DNA from: an uncultured Thermoplasmata archaeon
Lineage (GTDB): Archaea > Thermoplasmatota > Thermoplasmata > Lutacidiplasmatales > UBA184
Length of the DNA stretch: 64,000 nt
Direction of reading: 5' to 3'
NCBI GenBank assembly: GCA_963730815.1
Contig: CAVSTD010000011.1
Coordinates: 41,168-105,167 of the forward strand
Shown here: positions 1 to 10,012 of the stretch, piece after piece
How positions within the stretch are numbered: position 1 is the stretch's first letter
Layout: the number at the start of each line of letters is the position of its first letter
Translations under genes and position numbers: made by a program
Notes under the pieces: generated by a model
The model's input: the letters and a program-made list of their open reading frames with translations, nothing else
Database searches by the model: none
What the model was told of the DNA's origin: nothing

Positions 1-102
1 TCCAGCGCCGCCGGCGAACGGAGGGGGGTTCGGCGCGGGGTCATCGGTTCGTGAACGTGACCGGGTCCCATCGGTGACGCTCCCGCTCCGTCCCTGTCCC
101 AT
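1..102 (-). CDS. Possible 5' end of a gene running off the left edge
   Basis: ATG at 102 with a purine-rich upstream stretch; frame open to the window edge (MGQGRSGSVTDG...). No recognisable domain. Confidence 0.2.
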   Translation of the reverse strand, partial: MGQGRSGSVTDGTRSRSRTDDPAPNPPPFAGGAG

Positions 103-219
103 CACTGCCCTCTTCGAGCGAGGAAGGCCCACGGACCGATATTGGCTGCGCGGTAAGTCTTTCGGAGCTCGAGCGGGAGCGCCGCCAAACCAAGTTCCTA
201 CGTTCCAGCGACCTGGGGG

Positions 220-1488
220 ATGTCGTTCGAGCAGGACCCGCACGTTGCCTCCCGAGCGGAAGGGTTTACTCTGGTTCGCCGTCGGGGGTGTGTGCGACTC
301 GTCCTGTCGAGCCACAGTTACTTTCCCGCCGTGGGGGGAGTGGAACGGCTCATCCAAGGACTCGCTGAAGGAGCCGCGCAGCACGGGATCGATACCTTCG
401 TCGTGACCCGCCAGGATCCGGGGACTCTCCGTCGCGAAGAGCTCCACGGGGTCACGATCGTTCGGATCCCGATGGTCCGGGTCGGGGGCTTTCACGTTCC
501 CCGGGACTACCTCTCGACCTTACGGGACCTCCGTCCCGACGTCCTGCACCTCAGCGGGAACCGGGTCTGGTCGGCGGACTTCTACCTACCGTTCGCCGGA
601 ACGTTCGGTTGGGCCCAGGTGATGACCGGTCACGGGTTCTACCAATACGAGATGCACCGTCGACCGTGGGACACGTGGTATTTCGAGAACTACCTTCCCG
701 GCCGAATCCGTCATTTCGAGGTCTACGCCGCCAGCATCGAGCACGAGCGGACCCAGCTCGTGAACTGGGGGGTCGCTCCCGGTCGAATCGAGCTCGTGCC
801 CGACGGGATAGCGCTGGAGGAGTTCAACGAGCCGCGCTCGGACCCGGCGGTCGTCCGCGCGCGATGGGGGCTCAAGTCCGCCCACTTCGCGTTCTATGCG
901 GGGGGGTTTTACGAGAACAAGCGGGTCGACCGTCTCGTGCGCGCCGTGGCGGCCACGGGAGGAACTTGGGGCCTCGTCGCCACCGGCCGCGACCTTCCCG
1001 ATTCTCCGTGCAGCCGGGAGAGAGTGAGCCGCCTGGCCGCGGAAGCACGAGCGCCCGCGGTCTTCCGGGACGTTGTGCCCCGGTCGGAATTCCTGGATTC
1101 CATTTCGGCCGCCGACGTGGTCGTGCTCGGAAGCTCGTACGAGGGGTTTGGACTCTTCCTGCTCGAGGCCATGGCCATGGGCCGGCCGTTCGTGGCGTAT
1201 CGGACGGGCGCGGTGCCCGAACTCGCGGCCCAGGGAGCCGGGTTCTGCGTCGACTCGGAGCCCCAGTTCCTGGAGGCGCTCCGTCGGCTCGAGGATCCGG
1301 GGCTTCGCGCGCAGATGGGGGCGCGCGGACGGGAGGTCGTCCGGGACTATTCCATCGAGAAAGTGGTGGGTCGATATCTCGCAGTTTACGAGCGCGCGAT
1401 CGCCGCGCATAAGGACCGGGCAGGGGAGGGGCATCCCGGGTCCGGTCTCGGGAAAGCCGGGCCGCTGGAGCGAGGAAGCGGGCCGTGA
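220..1488 (+). CDS. Glycosyltransferase family 4 (GT-B)
   Basis: YFPAVGGVER N-terminal motif, ENKRVD, and EGFGLFLLEAMAMGRP (ExxxxxxxE). True start may be the GTG before RLVLSSHSY. Confidence 0.9.
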   Translation: MSFEQDPHVASRAEGFTLVRRRGCVRLVLSSHSYFPAVGGVERLIQGLAEGAAQHGIDTFVVTRQDPGTLRREELHGVTIVRIPMVRVGGFHVPRDYLSTLRDLRPDVLHLSGNRVWSADFYLPFAGTFGWAQVMTGHGFYQYEMHRRPWDTWYFENYLPGRIRHFEVYAASIEHERTQLVNWGVAPGRIELVPDGIALEEFNEPRSDPAVVRARWGLKSAHFAFYAGGFYENKRVDRLVRAVAATGGTWGLVATGRDLPDSPCSRERVSRLAAEARAPAVFRDVVPRSEFLDSISAADVVVLGSSYEGFGLFLLEAMAMGRPFVAYRTGAVPELAAQGAGFCVDSEPQFLEALRRLEDPGLRAQMGARGREVVRDYSIEKVVGRYLAVYERAIAAHKDRAGEGHPGSGLGKAGPLERGSGP

Positions 1489-2444
1489 GCGTTCCGACGG
1501 TCTCCGTCATCGTCACGGCGCACCGGCGGACCAAGTTTCTCGCCGACGCGCTGCACTCCATCAAGCGACAGACCCAGCTTCCGGACGAGGTGGTCGTGGT
1601 CGAAGACAACCCACCGTACGGAGCGCCGTCGATCGACCCTCCCGGACTGCCGTACCGTTGGACGAACCGAGGAGACCTACCGACGATGGGGGACAAGGTC
1701 GCGTTCGGGTTGTCCCTGGCCCGGGGCGACCTCGTGGCCTTCCTGGAGGACGACGATCGATTCGACCCGGAAAAGATTGTCCACGTGGTCGAGGTTTTTC
1801 AGGACCACCCGGAGGTCGTCTTTCTCCGGAATCGGCTCGCGTACATCGGCCCGAACGGAGATCCGCTTCCGCCGCCTTCGCCGATCCGATACCATCCCGA
1901 AGGTCTCGTCCCGCCGATTCCGAGCGCGATGTCTCGGGGATTGATGACCCTCAACATGTCGGCGATGTCCGTGAGGAGAAGCGTCTACTTGCCGGCCCTC
2001 GGCTTCTACCGGGACTGCAGCGTATCCGCCGACATCGTGACCTACTGGCTATCGGCGTACCTCGGGGGGTCCGCGTGGTACTCTCCCCGACCCCTCACCG
2101 AGTACCGATTCCACGGCCAGAATGCGAGCCAGACTCGGGTCGTCGAGGTGACCCTCTCCTCCCACGACCTCTCCCGACGGTTGGTCACGAAGTCCCGCCC
2201 CGGGACGCCCGCGTTCCGTCTCGCCCAGTCGATCGAGCGATCCCAGCGGGTCGGGTCGGCGATGGCGTCGGGGCGGTTTCCGGGACCGTCCGACCTCGTC
2301 GGACAAACTTGGGACGCGGTCGTCCGGCTTTCGGCCATTCACTTTCTTCGAGTCCTTAGTGTGTATCGTTCCTGGGAGAAATTCCACCGGTCGTCCCGGC
2401 CTGCGCACACGCCTGGCCGGGTAGAGGATCGCATCGGGCGCTAG
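1485..2444 (+). CDS. Glycosyltransferase family 2
   Basis: VSVIVTAH, VVVVED, ARGDLVAFLEDDD, YRFHGQN. GTGA overlap with the upstream GT4. Confidence 0.88.
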   Translation: MSVPTVSVIVTAHRRTKFLADALHSIKRQTQLPDEVVVVEDNPPYGAPSIDPPGLPYRWTNRGDLPTMGDKVAFGLSLARGDLVAFLEDDDRFDPEKIVHVVEVFQDHPEVVFLRNRLAYIGPNGDPLPPPSPIRYHPEGLVPPIPSAMSRGLMTLNMSAMSVRRSVYLPALGFYRDCSVSADIVTYWLSAYLGGSAWYSPRPLTEYRFHGQNASQTRVVEVTLSSHDLSRRLVTKSRPGTPAFRLAQSIERSQRVGSAMASGRFPGPSDLVGQTWDAVVRLSAIHFLRVLSVYRSWEKFHRSSRPAHTPGRVEDRIGR

Positions 2445-2582
2445 CCTCCGTCCGCGCCGCCGACCCTCGGCCTCGGCGGCCGGAGGAGGGGAGGCTCTCC
2501 CGCATCCGGGGGCTCGGACCGAGCCGAGCCGCGCAGAGCGGTAGGCCGGCCGCTCCGGCAGTATGGACGGTCCGATGGTCAG

Positions 2583-2691
2583 TGGGGCTGCCCGAATTTG
2601 AATCGGGGTCCCGAGCTCCCAAAGCTCGAAGGATGGACCAGTAGAGCGGACCGAGGTGTCTGCCTCATGTCCGTAGCTACCCCACAGCCCC
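2583..2691 (-). tRNA. tRNA-Pro(TGG) with a 34-nt intron (2641-2674) in the D-loop
   Basis: Reverse complement: GGGGCTGTGGGGTAGCT[ACGGAC...CTCTAC]TGGTCCATCCTTCGAGCTTTGGGAGCTCGGGACCCCGATTCAAATTCGGGCAGCCCCA. Acceptor GGGGCTG/CAGCCCC, anticodon arm CGAGC-TTTGGGA-GCTCG, T arm CCCGA-TTCAAAT-TCGGG. Confidence 0.93.
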
Positions 2692-2701
2692 GCATCGACA
2701 A

Positions 2702-3130
2702 CTATACCGCGTCTACCCGTTTCAACGTTCGGCCGATCAGGCACTCCGCCGGTTCGTCGTCGACCCGTTCAATCCGGTAACGCTGCTTTTGAGGCAACGA
2801 TGGCCCGGCGCAGATCGACCAGTTCGGGCAGTCAAGACGACGGCACGGATACCGACCCGTTTCGACCGAGCTTCCCACCACGGCACTCCGTGCATCCACC
2901 ACCAGCGGCCTCGCCGCCGGTCGAACTTCGACCACGTGGGCCTCGCTTTCCTGCAGGGCGCACGGGTGGGTCACCGGCCGAACCCGGGTCACGGAGTACT
3001 GCCGGCCCGGGTCGAGGGTGAGGCAGGCGTGCCGATACGGGCAGGTCCGGCAGATCGGAGCCCCGCCCTGATAGACGAATTGGTAGCCTTCGTGGGCCTC
3101 GGCGGTGGCGAGAAGGGTGATCTCCGCCAT
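2702..3130 (-). CDS. UPF0179 family protein (Cys-rich, archaeal)
   Basis: ITLL...G.QFVYQG...CRTCPYRHAC, then C...CPNW..C; directly downstream of egsA. Confidence 0.8.
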   Translation of the reverse strand: MAEITLLATAEAHEGYQFVYQGGAPICRTCPYRHACLTLDPGRQYSVTRVRPVTHPCALQESEAHVVEVRPAARPLVVDARSAVVGSSVETGRYPCRRLDCPNWSICAGPSLPQKQRYRIERVDDEPAECLIGRTLKRVDAV

Positions 3131-3131
3131 C

Positions 3132-4240
3132 CTAACCGATCACCCCGGTGACGGTCGCGAGGCGCTCCGCGGCCTCGCGGGTGAGCCCATTGTCTCCGAG
3201 GATCGTGTAGCGGTCCGGGCGGATCGTGTGGGCCATGACGAGCGCCTTCACGACCTCCTCGTTGCGGACCCCGAGCTCGCGCGCGGTGGTGGGAGCGCCG
3301 ATCGTGAGCAACGAGTTCTTGAGGCGTCTCCAATCGCCGCCGTGCAGGTACATCATCATGATCGCGCCCACGCCGCATTGTTCCCCGTGGAGGCTCGGGT
3401 GCTCGCTCACCCGGTCGAGCGCGTGGCTGAAGAGGTGCTCGCTCCCAGAGCACGGGCGGGAAGAACCGGCGACGCTCATCGCGATCCCGGCCACGAGGAT
3501 CGGCCGGATCGCGATCCACACCGATTCCTCGAGGTTCGGTTTGATAGAGGACGCGTGGTCCATGATCTCCTGGGCCGCGTACTCGCTCAGGGTCGCCGCG
3601 GTGCTCGAGTATTCCTCGTTCCTCAGTCGGACCGCGAGCCTCCAGTCGAGCGTGGCCGTCAGGTTCGAGATGACGTCGGCGCACCCGGAGGCGAGCAGTC
3701 GGAACGGGGCCTGGACGATCAATTGAGTGTCGGCGATAACTCCGATCGGAACCGCGCCCTCGGTGCTCGTAATGCTCGTGGTGCCATGAAGCGAAGCTCG
3801 GGGCGAAGAGATCCCGTCGTGGGCGGCGGACGTCGGAAGGCTCAGGAACGGGATGTGATACCGAGCGGCGATGACCTTGGTGATGTCGATTTTGCTCCCG
3901 CCTCCGGCCCCGACCAGGAATTCGGCCCCGGCGGAGCGCACTTCCTGGGCCACTCGGTCGACCTCGGGCTCGGTCGCTTCGTGGGCGATGATCGTAGTGA
4001 CCTGGAATCCCCCTTCCCCGAGGATGGTCGCGGCCCGCGCCGGCGATCTCGGCGGTCTTCGGGCCCGTCACCACAGCGCCGCGGTGAGGGAATCCGAACT
4101 GCCGGCAGGTGGTCGCCAGCTCGTCGAGGACCCCGTGTCCGACCAGGTACGATCCGGGGGAAGACCATCCCCTTCGCCTTGCCGAACACCGATTCATACC
4201 CCGGCATCACGGTGCGAGAGGACGGTTCCGGGGTTGCCAT
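3132..4240 (-). CDS. egsA: sn-glycerol-1-phosphate dehydrogenase, with two apparent frameshifts (~4147, ~4036)
   Basis: Three frames join into FPRIV/LVGHGVLDEL...GPKTAEIAG/AATILG...GAGGGSKID...PTSAAHDGISSP...SGSEHLFSHALD...HGEQCG. Confidence 0.9.
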
Positions 4241-4306
4241 AGGTCGGCGTCCGAACGACGGCGCGTGCCTCTTTAGCCTAACTGCCGGCGCGTCCGAGGG
4301 GGCGCC

Positions 4307-4936
4307 TTAGCGGCCGGGGACGTCGCCCCAGAGGACCTTGTGCTCTTGGAGCATCACGCGAACGTCCAGATGGTCGTCGAGGACCCAGTCCGCCAATCGG
4401 CCGGCGTCGGAACCCCACACCGGCTGGAAGAGGAGGTTCGCGGGCCCCCGGTAGCGCCGAACGACCCGGCGCGCGTAGAGGTAGTCCTTTCGGTCGGCGA
4501 TGACAAACTTGAGGACGTCGCGGGACCGGAGTTTGGGAAGATTCGTCCAGCGGTTGTGGCTCTGCATCTTCGACGACAGGCACTTTACGTCGACGCTCAG
4601 GATGACTTCGGGAATTTTGAGGTACGGGGAGATGTCGAGGGACCCCCCTGTTTCGATGACGGTCGAGACCCCTCGTTTCGCTAGTCGTTCGACGAGCTCG
4701 ACCGACTCGCCTTGAAGTAGCGGCTCGCCCCCGGTGAGACAAACGTGACGAGTTCGGTTTCGTCGTACCTCCGCGAGAAGCGAATCGATCGATCGTGTCT
4801 TTCCGGGTCCGAACGAGTATGGTGTGTCGCACCAGGAGCAGCGCAAATTGCACCGTGCGGTCCGGATGAACGTGGTGCGGAGACCGGTGAGCGGCCCCTC
4901 GCCCTGCAGCGAGTGGAATACCTCGATAATCTGCAC
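4307..4936 (-). CDS. queE: 7-carboxy-7-deazaguanine synthase (radical SAM)
   Basis: GTG start; IIEVFHSLQGEG, FIRTARCNLRCSWCDT, LTGGEPLLQ, C-terminal LQEHKVLW. Confidence 0.88.
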   Translation of the reverse strand: MQIIEVFHSLQGEGPLTGLRTTFIRTARCNLRCSWCDTPYSFGPGKTRSIDSLLAEVRRNRTRHVCLTGGEPLLQGESVELVERLAKRGVSTVIETGGSLDISPYLKIPEVILSVDVKCLSSKMQSHNRWTNLPKLRSRDVLKFVIADRKDYLYARRVVRRYRGPANLLFQPVWGSDAGRLADWVLDDHLDVRVMLQEHKVLWGDVPGR

Positions 4937-5041
4937 GGCCGTCGCTAGGAGGTCCGAGGGCCTAAAGCGACTCCGGTGGGAGGCGAGGAGCGCCCCGGTC
5001 GGGAAACCCCTCAAATACGGAGCTCGTGTCGATGGCCGCGT

Positions 5042-7930
5042 ATGGATGCCACCCGGGTCCGTTACTGGCAAGACGCCTGGGCCCGAGCGGGCATCGCGAC
5101 CGGCCAGCGAGTGCCCGGTCGAGGCAAGTTCTACGCCCTGAACGCTTACCCCGGGCCGAGCGGGTTCCTGCACGTCGGCCACCTTCGTGCCTACCTGTAC
5201 GTCGACGCGCTCCACCGATATCACCGCATGTTGGGCGAATCGGTCCTTCTGCCCTTCGGGATTCACGCCTCTGGTCTTCCCGCCGTGACCTGGGCCCAGC
5301 GCGTCAAGGACCGCGACCCCCTCATCCTCCAGCAGCTCGAGGAATCCGGAGTCCCGGCCGCCGAACTCGCCCGGCTCGAGGACCCGGAAACTGCCGCTCG
5401 GTTTCTGGGAGAGATCTACCGAGCCGTCCTGCGTTCGATCGGCGTCCTGTTCGATGAGACCACCTATCTCACGACGGTCGACGAAGATTACCGCGCCTTC
5501 ATTCGCTGGCAGTTCCGCGCGCTCGAGCGATCCCATGCTCTCGTCCGGGGAACGTACACTGCTTCGGTCTGCCCCGTGTGCGGGCCGGTCGCCGTCGACC
5601 CGTCGGAGACCGACCTCTCAGCCGGCGGTGACGCTGAGGTTCTCCGGTTCAACACCGTCCCTTTCCGACTGGGCGACGGACGCATTCTCCTCGCTGCCAC
5701 CCTGCGGCCCGAGACGGTCTACGGGGTCACCAATCTGTGGTTAGCTCCGGGAGCAAAACTGGTCGTTTGGCACCTTGACGGTCAATCCTTCCTGGCCGCT
5801 CGACCGGGGGCGGAACGACTCGTGGAGCAGCACGGAGGTCACCTCGGCCACGAGGTGCCCGGAAGCGAGCTTCTGGGGCGGAACGTCGCCGTACCCTTGG
5901 CCGGGACGAAGGTCCCCATTTTGGAGAGCGCGTTCGTCAATCCCTCGGTGGGAACGGGGGTCGTCATGAGCGTTCCCGCCCACGCCCCGGCAGACGCCAT
6001 GGCCCTGACTACTCTCCCTGAATCCACACGCGTTTCCCTGGGGCCACCGCCGGTCCTGCTGGAGGTCCGCGCGAACGTGGCGTTGACCGCCTCCGAGACG
6101 CAGCTCCAAGCCGGGAGCGGAACTCCGGCCGAACGCGCCCTCCGAGCCACCGGCGCGAAGGGCCCTTCGGACGCCTCCGCCTTGGAAGAAGCGACCGAGC
6201 GCCTCTATCGACTCGAGTTCGTCCGGGGCCAGATGACGATCCCCGCTCTCGCGGGGGTGCCGGTCCGAGAGGCCCGAATTCGAGTCGTGGAAACGCTGGC
6301 CCGGGAAGGACCCACGTTCGAGCTGCAGGAATTTTCGAAGCCGGTCATCTGCCGGAACGGCCACGAGGTCGTCATTCGAAAAGTGCCGGACCAATGGTTC
6401 CTCGCCTACGGAGACCCCGAGTGGAAGGCCCTCACTCGCGAATCGCTGACGGGGCTCGTCACTTGGCCCAGCGACTACGGCCGCGAGCTCCCCGGCATCC
6501 TCGACTGGTTCGGCGACCGACCGTGCACGCGAAAAGGTCGGTGGCTCGGCACGCCGTTCCCGCTCGACCCCCAGTGGCTCATCGAGCCCATCGCGGATTC
6601 GACGTTTTACATGGCCTACTTCATTGTCCGTCGATTCGTTTCGGCGGGGCGGCTAACGCTCCCCCAGTTGACCCCCGCCTTCTTCGATTACGTCTTCTTG
6701 GGAGAAGGTCCCGGCGAATCCACCGTCGAGCGCCTGCTTCTCGAAGAGGTTCGGGCGGAGTTCCTCTACTGGTATCCGGTCGACTTCAACCTCGGCGGCA
6801 AGGAGCACAAGCGGGTTCACTTTCCCGTCTTCCTGTACACTCACGCTAGACTCCTGCCTCCTCCCCTGTGGCCCCACGGGATCTATGTCAACGGCTGGAT
6901 CACTGGCCCCGGGGGCGGCAAGGTCTCGAAGAAGGACGTCTCGAGGCAGGGAGGGAGCATCCCGCCGATCGGTCAGGCGCTCGAGACGTGGGGTCCGGAC
7001 GCACTGCGACTCTTCTACGCCATCGCGGCCTCTCCGGCACAGGACATTGTCTGGGAGCCGTCGCTGGTCGAGTCCGCAGCGAGCCGCCTCTCCGAGGTGG
7101 AACGGCTGATCCGCGAGGCGGGCGGAGACTGCTCCGGGCCCCCCGAGCTCGATGCCTGGCTCTACTCGGCCATGCACCGTGCGGTCCACGAGGTGCGGTC
7201 CGCCTACGAAGCGACCGATATTCGCGCTGCGGCCCAGGTCACCTACGTGGACCTTCCGGCCCTGCTCCGCCGATATTATGCGCGAGGTGGCGCCCCCTGC
7301 GAGGCCACCTCACGAGTCTCCCGGGCCTGGGTCCGCATGCTTGTCCCTCTCACTCCCCACCTCGCGGAAGAATTGGGCCAGACCGATCCCTCGCACCTCG
7401 TTTCGGCCGACCGGTTTCCCCGGGTCGAGGGATTCCCTCGTTCGGAATCGGCCGATGCCCACGAGGCGTTCCTTGACCGCGTCGAGGCCGACCTGCGCGC
7501 TGTTCTTCGTCCCGCCCAGGATCACGGAGAGGCGCCGGTGGAGGAAGCGATCTTCTATGTGGCCGAGCCGTGGAAGGCGACCGTCGAACGATGGTTGCGC
7601 GAGGCGGTCGAACGCGGCGAGGAACCGAGCATCCGGGACGTGATGGCACGCGCAGGGTCCGACCCTACGGTCGCCGCTCACAAAGCCGAGGTGGCGAAGT
7701 ACGTTCAGCGCGTCGGCCCCCTGATCCGGTCCGAGCCGCCAGCAGCGGGGCCGTCCGTGGACGAGGAAGGCGCGCTTCGGGGAGCGGAGGGCTATCTGGT
7801 GCGCCGGCTCGCCCTCGGCTCGATCCGAGTGACCCGGGAAAGTGAGGCGGCCGAATTCGACCCGCTCGGTCGGCGGGACCGGGCACGACCCGGCCGACCC
7901 GCGTTCTACCTTCGGCGGAGAAACGCCTAG
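5042..7930 (+). CDS. leuS: Leucine--tRNA ligase, archaeal type
   Basis: HVGH motif, CP1 editing motifs TLRPET and GTGVVMSVPAHAP, WLIEPIADSTFYMAY, KMSKS-like KVSKK, C-terminal ARPGRPAFY. Confidence 0.88.
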   Translation: MDATRVRYWQDAWARAGIATGQRVPGRGKFYALNAYPGPSGFLHVGHLRAYLYVDALHRYHRMLGESVLLPFGIHASGLPAVTWAQRVKDRDPLILQQLEESGVPAAELARLEDPETAARFLGEIYRAVLRSIGVLFDETTYLTTVDEDYRAFIRWQFRALERSHALVRGTYTASVCPVCGPVAVDPSETDLSAGGDAEVLRFNTVPFRLGDGRILLAATLRPETVYGVTNLWLAPGAKLVVWHLDGQSFLAARPGAERLVEQHGGHLGHEVPGSELLGRNVAVPLAGTKVPILESAFVNPSVGTGVVMSVPAHAPADAMALTTLPESTRVSLGPPPVLLEVRANVALTASETQLQAGSGTPAERALRATGAKGPSDASALEEATERLYRLEFVRGQMTIPALAGVPVREARIRVVETLAREGPTFELQEFSKPVICRNGHEVVIRKVPDQWFLAYGDPEWKALTRESLTGLVTWPSDYGRELPGILDWFGDRPCTRKGRWLGTPFPLDPQWLIEPIADSTFYMAYFIVRRFVSAGRLTLPQLTPAFFDYVFLGEGPGESTVERLLLEEVRAEFLYWYPVDFNLGGKEHKRVHFPVFLYTHARLLPPPLWPHGIYVNGWITGPGGGKVSKKDVSRQGGSIPPIGQALETWGPDALRLFYAIAASPAQDIVWEPSLVESAASRLSEVERLIREAGGDCSGPPELDAWLYSAMHRAVHEVRSAYEATDIRAAAQVTYVDLPALLRRYYARGGAPCEATSRVSRAWVRMLVPLTPHLAEELGQTDPSHLVSADRFPRVEGFPRSESADAHEAFLDRVEADLRAVLRPAQDHGEAPVEEAIFYVAEPWKATVERWLREAVERGEEPSIRDVMARAGSDPTVAAHKAEVAKYVQRVGPLIRSEPPAAGPSVDEEGALRGAEGYLVRRLALGSIRVTRESEAAEFDPLGRRDRARPGRPAFYLRRRNA

Positions 7931-7954
7931 TCGGCCCGAGACGGTCCCCGGCGG

Positions 7955-8545
7955 CTAACGATCGACCCGGGAATCGCTCGAAAGTCGCGAGTAAAGCAAC
8001 GTGGACCGCCAACGTCCGTTCTTCTTCACCTCGTCGCGCAGCCTCCCTTCGTAGCGAAACCCGCAGCGCTTCGCGAGCCGGCGCGACGCGAGATTCCCGG
8101 GAAAGATCCGGGCCTCGATCCGGTGGAGCCCAAGGCGACTGAATCCCGTGCGCACGAGAAGGTTCACGGCCTCGGTCGCATATCCCTGACCCCGATGTTC
8201 CCGGCCGATCCAATATCCCACTTCCGCCGACGAACCGCCCTCCTCAAGGTGGTGCAATCCGACGCCCCCCAAGAGGGTGCCATCTGCGCGTCGAACGATC
8301 GTGAGATTGAGGTCCCGACCCTTCCGTCGATTCTTCTTCGTCCTTCGGACCCACCACCTCGCGTCGCGGGCCCGGTAGGGATAGGGCATGTGGAGCGTCC
8401 AACGGGAGACCGAGGGTTCGTTGAGGAGTCGAACGAACGCGGGAATCTGACCGGCGACGGGAAAGGTCAGCTCGACCCGTCGTCCTCGAAGAGGGAACCG
8501 AAGTCGAGCGATCCGGCGGCCCGGCGAGCTTGGACGCCGGGTCAA
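7955..8545 (-). CDS. GNAT acetyltransferase, RimJ/RimL family
   Basis: AEVGYWIGREHRGQGYATEA and NLASRRLAKRCGFRYEG. Confidence 0.88.
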   Translation of the reverse strand: MTRRPSSPGRRIARLRFPLRGRRVELTFPVAGQIPAFVRLLNEPSVSRWTLHMPYPYRARDARWWVRRTKKNRRKGRDLNLTIVRRADGTLLGGVGLHHLEEGGSSAEVGYWIGREHRGQGYATEAVNLLVRTGFSRLGLHRIEARIFPGNLASRRLAKRCGFRYEGRLRDEVKKNGRWRSTLLYSRLSSDSRVDR

Positions 8546-8549
8546 CCCG

Positions 8550-9116
8550 TCAGCTCCGACGCCGCCGGGGGACGCGCTTCGGGGGAAAATTGAGGAACAT
8601 GCGGGACGGCGTCGGATGGGCCGAAACCGTGCGGTACTTGGCCGACTTCTTTTTCGAATAGCTGTGCGCGACCCGACCCGAGATCTCGAAGTAGATCAGC
8701 TGACCGACCGGCATCCCCGAATAGATCCGAACCGGGACCTTGACGCTCATTTCGAGGGTCCAATAGTTGCAGAATCCTTCGTCGCCCTTGCCGGCTGTGG
8801 AGTGGATGTCGATGCCAAGGCGCCCCACGCTCGATTTGCCTTCGAGGAACGGGACGTACCCGTGGGTCTCGGTGTACTCCTCGGTCACTCCGAGATAGAG
8901 TTGTCCGGGGATGAGGACGTATCCGTCGCGCGGGATCCGGAACTCGGTGACCGGGTTGTTCTCGCGCGCGTCGAGCGCGGCGTCCCGGTAGACCGAAAGG
9001 TAGGGCCCGAGGTGCACGTCGTAGGAATTGGTCCCAAGACACTCCGGGCGGAACGGTCGGATGACGATGCGCCGGTCGCGCAGAGCTTCCCGGATCTTGA
9101 CGTCCGACAGGATCAT
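8550..9116 (-). CDS. dcd: dCTP deaminase
   Basis: MILSD, SYDVHLG, EGKSSVGRLG, TAGKGDEGF, TLE, VGQLIY. Confidence 0.9.
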   Translation of the reverse strand: MILSDVKIREALRDRRIVIRPFRPECLGTNSYDVHLGPYLSVYRDAALDARENNPVTEFRIPRDGYVLIPGQLYLGVTEEYTETHGYVPFLEGKSSVGRLGIDIHSTAGKGDEGFCNYWTLEMSVKVPVRIYSGMPVGQLIYFEISGRVAHSYSKKKSAKYRTVSAHPTPSRMFLNFPPKRVPRRRRS

Positions 9117-9145
9117 CGGGGGCCGGGCGCGCGGAGCCTCCCATC

Positions 9146-10006
9146 CTATTTAACAGGGGAGCGCTCGGCGGGGCTTTCGAAGACGATCGACGCGTAGCCT
9201 ACCACGTCGCGCATCTTCTCGACCTCACCGGAATGTCCCCACCGAAGGAGCCGGGGACGTACGTCGAGCCCTTCGAGCGCGGCGAGCAGGACCGTCGTGG
9301 GGGCGATCCCGCACATGGAGATGTCGTTCCGCCGGACCGTGTCGTAGAGACCCCGAGGGTCGCGTGCCAGGATCTGGTCGATCGCCAGACGGTCGAGGCG
9401 TTCCGCGGTCGCCGCGGGCACGTAATGGGAGAAATCCGTCGAGGCGATCACCAGCACGTCCCGATCCTGGATCGCTGCCCGGACCACTCCCGCGACCTCT
9501 TCCAAGAACTCGTACGGCCCATAGCCCACTTCGAGCGGGACGAAAAGAGGGTGCGGCAGGACGTACTCGAGGAACGGTAGTTGCACTTCGATCGAATGTT
9601 CCCGCCGGTGCGCCTCCTCGTCGACGTTCACCGGAGATTTTCGAAGTGCCGCCAAAAGCTTCGGGTCGACCGGGGTCGGTCCGAGCGGGGTGAGCCACGG
9701 TCGTTCGGACAACGATGCCCCCCGACTCGCTCCGTAATGGTCGACGCCGAGTACGAGCACGCTCTCGGGCGGTCGATCCGCCGCGATCAACCGGTACGCG
9801 TGCGCCGCGATCGGGCCGGAGAACACGTAGCCCGCGTGCGGAACCACCGCCGCTCGCACGGTTCGGTCGGCGGACCTCTGCCGCGTAGGAAGCGTCCCCG
9901 GTCCCCGCGCGTCCGTGAAGCAACTCTCGAGCTGGTGCGCGAGCGCTGCCCCGTCGCTCTCGTAGAACTGTCCGGCGACGGCGGGAGGGCGGGGCGTGGT
10001 CGGCAT
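9146..10006 (-). CDS. MEMO1 family protein (AmmeMemoRadiSam protein B-like)
   Basis: RPPAVAGQFY, PHAGYVFSG, EHSIEVQLPFL, ASTDFSHY, MCG, VVGYAS. Confidence 0.92.
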   Translation of the reverse strand: MPTTPRPPAVAGQFYESDGAALAHQLESCFTDARGPGTLPTRQRSADRTVRAAVVPHAGYVFSGPIAAHAYRLIAADRPPESVLVLGVDHYGASRGASLSERPWLTPLGPTPVDPKLLAALRKSPVNVDEEAHRREHSIEVQLPFLEYVLPHPLFVPLEVGYGPYEFLEEVAGVVRAAIQDRDVLVIASTDFSHYVPAATAERLDRLAIDQILARDPRGLYDTVRRNDISMCGIAPTTVLLAALEGLDVRPRLLRWGHSGEVEKMRDVVGYASIVFESPAERSPVK

Positions 10007-10012
10007 CTGTCC

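Noticed and set aside
3132..4240. egsA as a pseudogene or programmed frameshift
   Set aside because: The enzyme is essential for archaeal lipids, all motifs are intact and there is no slippery heptamer. Similar indels in four other genes point to assembly error.
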